Part shown: piece by piece, positions 26,001 through 31,586 of the stretch
Layout of the letters: each line of letters starts with the position of its first letter
Position numbering within the stretch: the stretch's first letter is position 1
Source: a virus
Lineage: Duplodnaviria > Caudoviricetes
DNA: 31,586 nt
Direction: 5' to 3' (one strand)
Virus record (IMG/VR): IMGVR_UViG_3300014160_000011
Location: 1-31,586 of that record
The notes under the pieces: model-generated
Database searches by the model: none
What the model was told of the DNA's origin: nothing
The model's input: only the letters and a program-made list of their open reading frames with translations
Position numbers and translations under genes: made by a program

Positions 26001-26555
26001 GCGGGCTTCGGCATCGGCATCGGAGAGATGGCGGCGGGCGTTCAGTCTCCGGAGAACCAGGCGAAGAAGCTCGTCAAGCAGATTTACGGCATCAGCATCA
26101 GCGAAAACACCGCTAAGCAGATCGCCGGGATCGCGCAGCAGAAGTTCGCCGGCAACGTCGGCGCGGCGGTCCGCGACCCCGAAACGCGGAAGATGATCAT
26201 GCTCTATTCGGAAGCCACCGGCCAGCACATGCCTCTGTCCGCATCGACGCCGCAGGGAGGGAGCCTCGCGGAGCAGGGCGGCAACCTGTACCAGCAGGCG
26301 ACCTATCAGAACGGCGCGGCCTATACTTTCCAGAGCAGCCTGCCGGTGCTTGGCGGCCTCGGCGGCGGCACGTATCCCGCTGCGGGCGGCCCCAACACTG
26401 CTGGCGGCGCGGGGCCGGCGCTCGCGATCAACATCAACGGCCAGCCTATCACCCCTGAGTTCGTGGCGGACCAGTCCATGGCGGCCCAAGGGTCCAGTTA
26501 CGGCCGCACCCAGCAAGCGGCCAATATGCAGGTGCCGGGCCTGATGGTGGGCTGA
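23091..26555 (+). CDS. Tail tape measure protein (alternative start ATG 23106)
   Basis: 1154 aa Ala/Gly-rich helical protein after the chaperones; hydrophobic glycine-zipper segments (GGAAIGMSIGGPLGAAIGGVAGFGIGIG). Confidence 0.88.
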   Translation: MDPGLMADGVISLDDRPAQAALGRVNTGLDQHETKVRTVLDRTGKQWQVFGEGVVRVSDNGKTALDRLLASMEKQSQLAGKSGADKLIAERDVLIRKWGEEERAVTAINGAYNKMISAETGGGMQQMGQNLQNFVQSPLNAAKDAAMGLVEKIGPMGFALGGAATAVVAIASAGFQAAKALGEFGVQVRDIELRTGLSAKEVGQFDIAARAVGQDVSVVERAMRGLTTAVEDESKAGEKGRVWLRQFGVDLQGVRDGSVSTAQVLLQVSDGLNTLPVGVERDKAAMDIFKRAGIDLIPFLKELRENLPHGDDFGYNEADIEKFEKLNKDVGQMERSWADLKRQFQEGLVIEVKWVGEHLEWLGKLFGGVVGNMGEPTKAGTLSAEDKLYLEIQQANKAKGHWGAQPLSGIQLLEQQREQALQDLRPTDAWVNPKYRTPAAQAGIARAADLQAQMDRMEQASAAAKASPAAAAAAAPENRLKIAEDLLKTLDKGTAAYERQEAVVKTLEKSEAARVAAMEKQMETGGFGEGHTRNVAASNYGFGAGVTRAVAPGDSAFIDSGFGAGRTWEPSSASRQETSKQDDLAQYRKDQQKLALAGIAAETDATIKLLALRGGEADNARAVAGLRQSALDQEYAITGDIVKWREESLHNELDMRLKIAQQEKEQADEAQKQLDQQVATLQRAIGGLFHTLLTKPQDFRKQLAGTMREAVIKPVSEGLGGMAANVLHPIIYGADGRGGISGAFKGLLGGGKKDVAQVTDENTVATRQNSAAVAALTAVFAGAMGVSVPAIAAPASGGGILSIPAISAPSIGGAPGLPAVFGVGAAGWSSGGGGGGWALSGGDAASTTSAAPDMYNLPISGHPGAGIDAQMAGILRASLGGGAKGGSKPFNLAALKANWGIGGPGGTSFKSVTSSQGAKAGEMAGGAMLAEAGLLGERRGTWGGVAEGAAGGAAIGMSIGGPLGAAIGGVAGFGIGIGEMAAGVQSPENQAKKLVKQIYGISISENTAKQIAGIAQQKFAGNVGAAVRDPETRKMIMLYSEATGQHMPLSASTPQGGSLAEQGGNLYQQATYQNGAAYTFQSSLPVLGGLGGGTYPAAGGPNTAGGAGPALAININGQPITPEFVADQSMAAQGSSYGRTQQAANMQVPGLMVG

Positions 26556-26947
26556 TGCCAGGAAACATCGCTGCAGCCGTTGCGACCGTCGTGATGCCGT
26601 ATGCGCTGTGCAGCACGTTCAGCGAATCGCGCGCGTACGACGAGCTGCAGAACACCTACCACGATGGAACGCCACAGCGGTCGCAGCTCGCGCAGACCTC
26701 GCGCCACACCTTCAAGCTCTCACAGCGGCTGACTGCGGCCCAGGCCATCGCGCTGAAGGCGTTTTGGGATTCGCTGCTCGGCGCGGCGGCGCCGTTTCTC
26801 TTCTACAACCTGATCGAGGGCGCTTACGATGCCACGGGCGCGTCGGCCACCGGCAGATACACGGTGCGATGCGATGGCGCGTGGAGCCAGGTGACCGGGC
26901 TGGCGCGGACCGATATCCCGCAGATCCTATTGGTCGAGGTCGAGTAA
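26555..26947 (+). CDS. Distal tail protein (gpM/Dit-like)
   Basis: TGATG coupling to tape measure; ALKAFWDSLLGAAAPFLFYN pattern; 130 aa. Confidence 0.7.
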   Translation: MPGNIAAAVATVVMPYALCSTFSESRAYDELQNTYHDGTPQRSQLAQTSRHTFKLSQRLTAAQAIALKAFWDSLLGAAAPFLFYNLIEGAYDATGASATGRYTVRCDGAWSQVTGLARTDIPQILLVEVE

Positions 26948-26948
26948 C

Positions 26949-29900
26949 TTGTCTGACGTCATTGGCCGCGTTGCGGTCCCCGGCTTAGTCTCGTCGGGCC
27001 TCACTTTCCCGCTGATCTCCGACCAGAACTACGGCTTCACCCAGGAGCGCCCGGTCATCATCCACCGCTTCGGAAGCCTCGACGCGAAGCAGGAGCAGCG
27101 GTACGCCGCCGGCATCGGCCCGCGCAAATTCGCCTTTCGGCGCGACCACCTGAGCGTTGCCAACCGCACCACGCTCGCGGCCTTTTGGGAAGCGCTGCAG
27201 GGATCCTGGCAGTCGTTCATCTACAACGTCCCGAACGCGGATCAGAGCACCACGCCGACCACCGTGACGTGGGAGTACGCGCCCCTGTCTTTTCGATACC
27301 TGACTAACGCCTGCCAGGTCGGCTTCAACTTCGTCGAAGTCCCCGCCGCCGGAACGCCGGCATTTGTCAACGCGACCTGCCTGCGGTTCCCCTCGAGCGC
27401 GCTTTCCGCGGCGCTGCTTTCCGAAGTGCAGCAGATCGTTCCGCTCATCCACATTCGGCCGCGCGAAGGCGCGGTGCCGGACATCTGGCTGTCTGACCGC
27501 AGGATGACGTTGTCCGACGGCTCCGGCGGCGCGGTGCAGGCGACGATGGGCTGGGGCGCAAGTTCGCAGCTCTACCTGCCCAGGCTTCTCGGCATTGGCG
27601 AGCCAGGCTCCGACGTCCTGATCTCTCAGGACATCAAGGGCGCGTCCGATAACGTCCGATTCACGTTCGGGAACGCCGACCGCGTGATGACGGCCCTCGC
27701 GAACGACACCGACCTGAAGTACGCCAGCGTCGATTTGTGCCTCTTCCACGTCAACTCTGGCATTCTCATCCAGGTCTGGAAGGGCGTCATTCAGAGTTTC
27801 GTAAGCGATGGCACCGCGAACTTCCCGGTGACCTGCTCGGACGGGTTCTTCCAGATCATGAACCAGTACCCGGAGCGGCAGGTAAGCCGCCAGTGCTGGA
27901 AGATGTACGACGACGGCGTCAACTGCAAGTGGGCGACGCTCGGGGCCAGCGCGGCCGCGGTGATCGCCGCGGGCGGCGACCCGGGGAGTTGCGACTATTA
28001 CCTGGAATCGCCCAACGGCTGCCAGGTCCACGGCATGGCGCCATCCTTCGGCGGCTGCCAGTCGGACCCGCAAGGCGTCGTGATCAAAGACAACTCGACC
28101 GGCTTCCTGGGCTTCGCGCGCAACAAGGTCACCGCCACATCCATCGTCTCCGAGACAGCTTACGGCCTGGCGCTACCGGAAGTCTGGGCTAACAGCGGCG
28201 GCAACCCGTTCTTCGCCTTCATTGCGACCGCGCTAATGATGGCCTATCGTGATGAGTCGGGTTACGCCGATTCGCTCGGTATCGTGAGCGCCGGCCCCAT
28301 TGGCGGGTTCTCACCGTCGGCGGTCGTCGAGAACGCGGACGGTTACGAATACATCGTCGCGCCGATGGTCGACGGCTATCTCTGGCAGGGATTCAAGGTG
28401 AACGGCAGCATGCAGGTCACTACGGACACGCCCGGAATGGGGCTGCGCCAGGTGGCCGGCAGCGACCCCGTCGATCCCGCCACGGACTACTTCTCACTCG
28501 GCGCCGGCACTCCTCAGGTGTGGGAGGCGAACAACTACGCAGCGGGGGTGGCGTTCTGCGAGATCCGCATCGTCAAGTCCACCGCGCTCCAGCCGAGCAC
28601 GCCCGACCAGCACCAGATGACCGTGCCCATCGATTACGGGCTGTGGGGCTGGGTGTGGGACCAGTATGGCAACCGCTCGGCGGTCCCCGGACTCATCAAC
28701 CCGTTTTGGATCGCCGTGAATATGCTGCTGCGCGCGCTGGGCCTCTACGGCAGCCCGGCGACCGGCGTCGGGCCATCGTCCGCCACGCAGCTCGCCGCCT
28801 TTGCGCTGGCCTCGCTCATCGTGGGCGACGGCAGTGGCGCGGCCGAGATCGCCGGGGCCCATGTGACGCCCATCTTCTCGATGCCGGTTGGAACGAGCGT
28901 CGCGAGCGTCACGGTGACCTATGCCGGATCGCACTACACGGCGGGATCCGCCGCGGCTTATGCCTCGGGCGGCAACGGCTGCACTCTCACCGTGAACCTG
29001 GTGCCGGATGAACCTCCCGACGGCTACTATACGGTCGGGTCGATCACCATCAACAATCCGGGCTTCGGGTTCGGCGCCGTGGTGGATATTGTGATCACCG
29101 GAAGCTCGACAGGGGACGATGCGCAGGCGACCGCCACGCTCAACCCGCTGCCGACCACCGAGACGCAGTTCCAATTCCAGGGAGCCATCACCAGCCAGAA
29201 GCCATTCCGCGATTGGATGGCCGAGGTGCTCAACTGCTGCCTGGGCTTTTACGCCTGGGAGTTCGGTCGACTGAAGCTCGGCTGCCGCGTGAACGCGAGC
29301 TCCGTCGACGCATACACGCTTGCAAGCATCCTGTATCAGAGTCTCAGACTCACGCCGATTCCGTCCAGCTTCGAGCACCTGGTGCTCTCGTTCGCCGACG
29401 TCGCCTATCAGTACCAGGCGAACACCGGGGAGTATTGCGATAAGACCCACGCCGCCTATTACGGCCGCGCCGGCTCCCCGCTCACGAGCCAGATGCATTC
29501 GGTGGGCTGCTCGACGCTCAGCCAGGCGCTGCGGCTCGCGGCCACGCGGACGCGCGAAGAGCTGGGCGGCGTCACGCCAATGGAGTGGCGCAACGCGCGC
29601 GCCGCGCTCTGGCAGACCACGCTGCTCGGCCTGGGGAACGAGGTCGGCCAGGTCGTCTCGATGACCCACCCGGATATCCCTGGCGCGCGCGGGGTGTGCA
29701 ACGTAGCGGGCGCGACGCTCACCTGGGTGAGCGGCGATGCATGGACCTACGCGGGAACGGCAGGAGGAGATGTGAGTTTGATCAACAAAGTAATCTTAGT
29801 GGGCGTCGTCCAGGTAGTCATCACGGCAATGGCGGCGGACGGCTCGACGCTCACCACGTCGCCCGCGGCTCCTGCAGGCGCCGGCCAGAGCTTCCACGTA

Positions 29901-31274
29901 ATCACGATGGATTTTCGGATCACCAAGTGGAGCTTGAAGAAGGACTGGTCCGTGCAGATAGAGGGGCAGACGGTCACCAAATCGATGTACGACCTCGATG
30001 TCGGCCCCCAGCCGATGGACGTGGCGCCGGCGCCGCTCCCGTCGAATCTCGCGCTCGTTCCTGCTGCGACGGGACCTCTCCCGTGGGCTCCGGGCGGGGG
30101 CCTGTCCCTTCAAATACAGACGCCGGTGAATCGGGACAATTCTATCGCAGCGTCCATCCAGGTCCTGGGCGCGCCCACCACCAACACCCTGTCTCCTACT
30201 GCGCAGCCCCCGACGATTTACGCCACGACCGCGCCGACAGGCGGAGCCATTCCCGGCGGCGTGACCTACTATCTCTCGGTGACCGCGCTCGACGCTCTCG
30301 GCTTGACGAGCGCTGCGAGCTTCCCGGTAGAGGTGGCTGTTCCGGCCGGCACCAACACGAACGCCATCCACTTGGGACTCGTATGGGAGCCTGGTTCGGT
30401 CTCCGGCAACGTCTTCTTGGGCCTCTCAGAATACAGCATGACGTCGGCGATGGTGATCGCCAGCGCATCGGTCGCCAGCGTCGTGATTACCGCTCTTCCT
30501 GCCGCAATCGAACCAGGGCCGCCGGACGCTACGGTTCAGCAATACTCCATCGAGGCTGCGCAGGTCGACCTGGCCGGCTGTTACATGGGCACGGTCGCCA
30601 CGATAACCCCGAGCATCACCCTGGTGGGTCTCGACGGCACGACTCCCGCCTGGGCCGCGAACCAGTGGCAAAACTATGAAATCGATGTGTTGACCTCCGT
30701 GCTCGGGCGGTCCCCCGGCACTGGCGCCGTCGGCGTGATCTCCGGCAACGGCTCGAACACGTTGACCCTCGCTGCGTCACCGATTATGTCATCCCTCGGC
30801 GTTGGGGCCATCGTCGTCATCCGCATGCTGCCGTCAACGCACACGGCCACGATGTTAGGCGACGCGAACCTCGCGATGGGCCTGAACCAGTACATGGGTA
30901 AACTGCTCTTCATCTTCCGGGGGACCGGGGCGGGCCAATCGTCGTTGGTCGCGAGCAATACGGTCACGACGTTCTCGCTGGCCACGCCTCTTGCGGTCGC
31001 GCCCGACGCCACGAGCCGTTTCGTCATCCTGGAGCCGAACTGGCTGCCGCCGGTCATGACGGTGCCGCTATCTTACAGCGGCGGCTTCCTCCCCGCTGTA
31101 ATCGGATCTGTCTCGGTGCCGAACACGGCGGGTCAAGCCTGGCTGCTGCAGATCTTCACGGTCAACGCCGACGGAGAGGAATCGCCCGCGGAGTATAGCC
31201 CCACAGCGCAGATCTCCCTGCTCGGGGCTGGAACGGCGCAGCGCAAGCCGATCCACATCGGAAACCTGAACTAA
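26949..31274 (+). CDS. Large tail-tip/hub protein (Dit-like + Cys-cluster gpL-like + gpJ-like regions)
   Basis: 1441 aa after Dit-like gene; CWKMYDDGVNC...SCDY...NGC cluster; NPFWI, EVLNCCLG...GRLKL, EVGQVVSMTHP motifs; TTG start. Confidence 0.78.
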   Translation: MSDVIGRVAVPGLVSSGLTFPLISDQNYGFTQERPVIIHRFGSLDAKQEQRYAAGIGPRKFAFRRDHLSVANRTTLAAFWEALQGSWQSFIYNVPNADQSTTPTTVTWEYAPLSFRYLTNACQVGFNFVEVPAAGTPAFVNATCLRFPSSALSAALLSEVQQIVPLIHIRPREGAVPDIWLSDRRMTLSDGSGGAVQATMGWGASSQLYLPRLLGIGEPGSDVLISQDIKGASDNVRFTFGNADRVMTALANDTDLKYASVDLCLFHVNSGILIQVWKGVIQSFVSDGTANFPVTCSDGFFQIMNQYPERQVSRQCWKMYDDGVNCKWATLGASAAAVIAAGGDPGSCDYYLESPNGCQVHGMAPSFGGCQSDPQGVVIKDNSTGFLGFARNKVTATSIVSETAYGLALPEVWANSGGNPFFAFIATALMMAYRDESGYADSLGIVSAGPIGGFSPSAVVENADGYEYIVAPMVDGYLWQGFKVNGSMQVTTDTPGMGLRQVAGSDPVDPATDYFSLGAGTPQVWEANNYAAGVAFCEIRIVKSTALQPSTPDQHQMTVPIDYGLWGWVWDQYGNRSAVPGLINPFWIAVNMLLRALGLYGSPATGVGPSSATQLAAFALASLIVGDGSGAAEIAGAHVTPIFSMPVGTSVASVTVTYAGSHYTAGSAAAYASGGNGCTLTVNLVPDEPPDGYYTVGSITINNPGFGFGAVVDIVITGSSTGDDAQATATLNPLPTTETQFQFQGAITSQKPFRDWMAEVLNCCLGFYAWEFGRLKLGCRVNASSVDAYTLASILYQSLRLTPIPSSFEHLVLSFADVAYQYQANTGEYCDKTHAAYYGRAGSPLTSQMHSVGCSTLSQALRLAATRTREELGGVTPMEWRNARAALWQTTLLGLGNEVGQVVSMTHPDIPGARGVCNVAGATLTWVSGDAWTYAGTAGGDVSLINKVILVGVVQVVITAMAADGSTLTTSPAAPAGAGQSFHVITMDFRITKWSLKKDWSVQIEGQTVTKSMYDLDVGPQPMDVAPAPLPSNLALVPAATGPLPWAPGGGLSLQIQTPVNRDNSIAASIQVLGAPTTNTLSPTAQPPTIYATTAPTGGAIPGGVTYYLSVTALDALGLTSAASFPVEVAVPAGTNTNAIHLGLVWEPGSVSGNVFLGLSEYSMTSAMVIASASVASVVITALPAAIEPGPPDATVQQYSIEAAQVDLAGCYMGTVATITPSITLVGLDGTTPAWAANQWQNYEIDVLTSVLGRSPGTGAVGVISGNGSNTLTLAASPIMSSLGVGAIVVIRMLPSTHTATMLGDANLAMGLNQYMGKLLFIFRGTGAGQSSLVASNTVTTFSLATPLAVAPDATSRFVILEPNWLPPVMTVPLSYSGGFLPAVIGSVSVPNTAGQAWLLQIFTVNADGEESPAEYSPTAQISLLGAGTAQRKPIHIGNLN

Positions 31275-31284
31275 CCGCACCGCC

Positions 31285-31586
31285 ATGAGTAACTTCGCCT
31301 CAACCGGCTGGACATACGTCCAGGGCAAGTTCGGTTACGCCACCTCCGACACCGGGCCGAACGGCACTGGCGCGTTTTCGGTGTTCGATCTGAGCGTCCC
31401 GAGCGCGCCCGTGCTGCTCGGCCAGATCAACAGCGACGCCCGGCTATTCATGGCGGAGGGCGTTCAGGTCTGCGGGAGATATGCATTCGTCGCGGTTGGA
31501 GTGTACCAATCGAACAGCGCCATTCTGGTGATCGATGTAAGCGCGCCGACGGCGCCAGTCATCGTCGCGTCGCTCGTGGATCTCAC
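31285..31586 (+). CDS. LVIVD-repeat (beta-propeller) protein, partial at window end
   Basis: Hand translation MSNFASTGWTYVQGKFGYATSD...FSVFDLSVPSAPVLLG...GVQVCGRYAFVAVG...ILVIDVSAPTAPVIVASL. Confidence 0.8.
   Translation, partial: MSNFASTGWTYVQGKFGYATSDTGPNGTGAFSVFDLSVPSAPVLLGQINSDARLFMAEGVQVCGRYAFVAVGVYQSNSAILVIDVSAPTAPVIVASLVDL

Larger units (their letters stand above)
1..31586 (+). mobile_element. Tailed phage/prophage late region (lambda-like head, siphovirus-like tail); element extends beyond both window ends
   Basis: Colinear terminase-portal-protease-capsid-tail tube-chaperone-tape measure-tail tip gene order; no integrase, att site or replication genes in the window. Confidence 0.95.

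Noticed and set aside
1-31586. Genome-wide TAG recoding
   Set aside because: Structural genes are full length under the standard code with no internal TAG, and TAG terminates the capsid gene at the expected position

Overview
GC-rich (pro)phage late region with lambda-like head and long non-contractile tail genes on the + strand. Order: DNA methyltransferase, small and large (GpA-type) terminase, gpW-like protein, lambda-type portal, truncated prohead protease, major capsid, DUF2190-like protein, head-tail connectors, tail tube, -1 frameshifted tail chaperones, tape measure, Dit-like protein, large tail-tip protein, and a partial LVIVD-repeat protein. Three fibre-like or Gly-rich genes with apparent Sec signal peptides come first. 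The most unusual part is 6053-10501, a minus-strand array of 12 small genes assembled from reusable intergenic modules. These are four 92-93 bp promoter/RBS repeats with invariant spacing, three hairpin+RBS repeats, and three TCAAGTAGATG stop-start junctions. Ten consecutive genes of the array share one reading register and nine of them end in TAG. The opposite strand stays open for 1493 codons, from the stop of the upstream + gene to the start of the downstream + gene. Family assignments come from motif recognition by eye, not from database searches.
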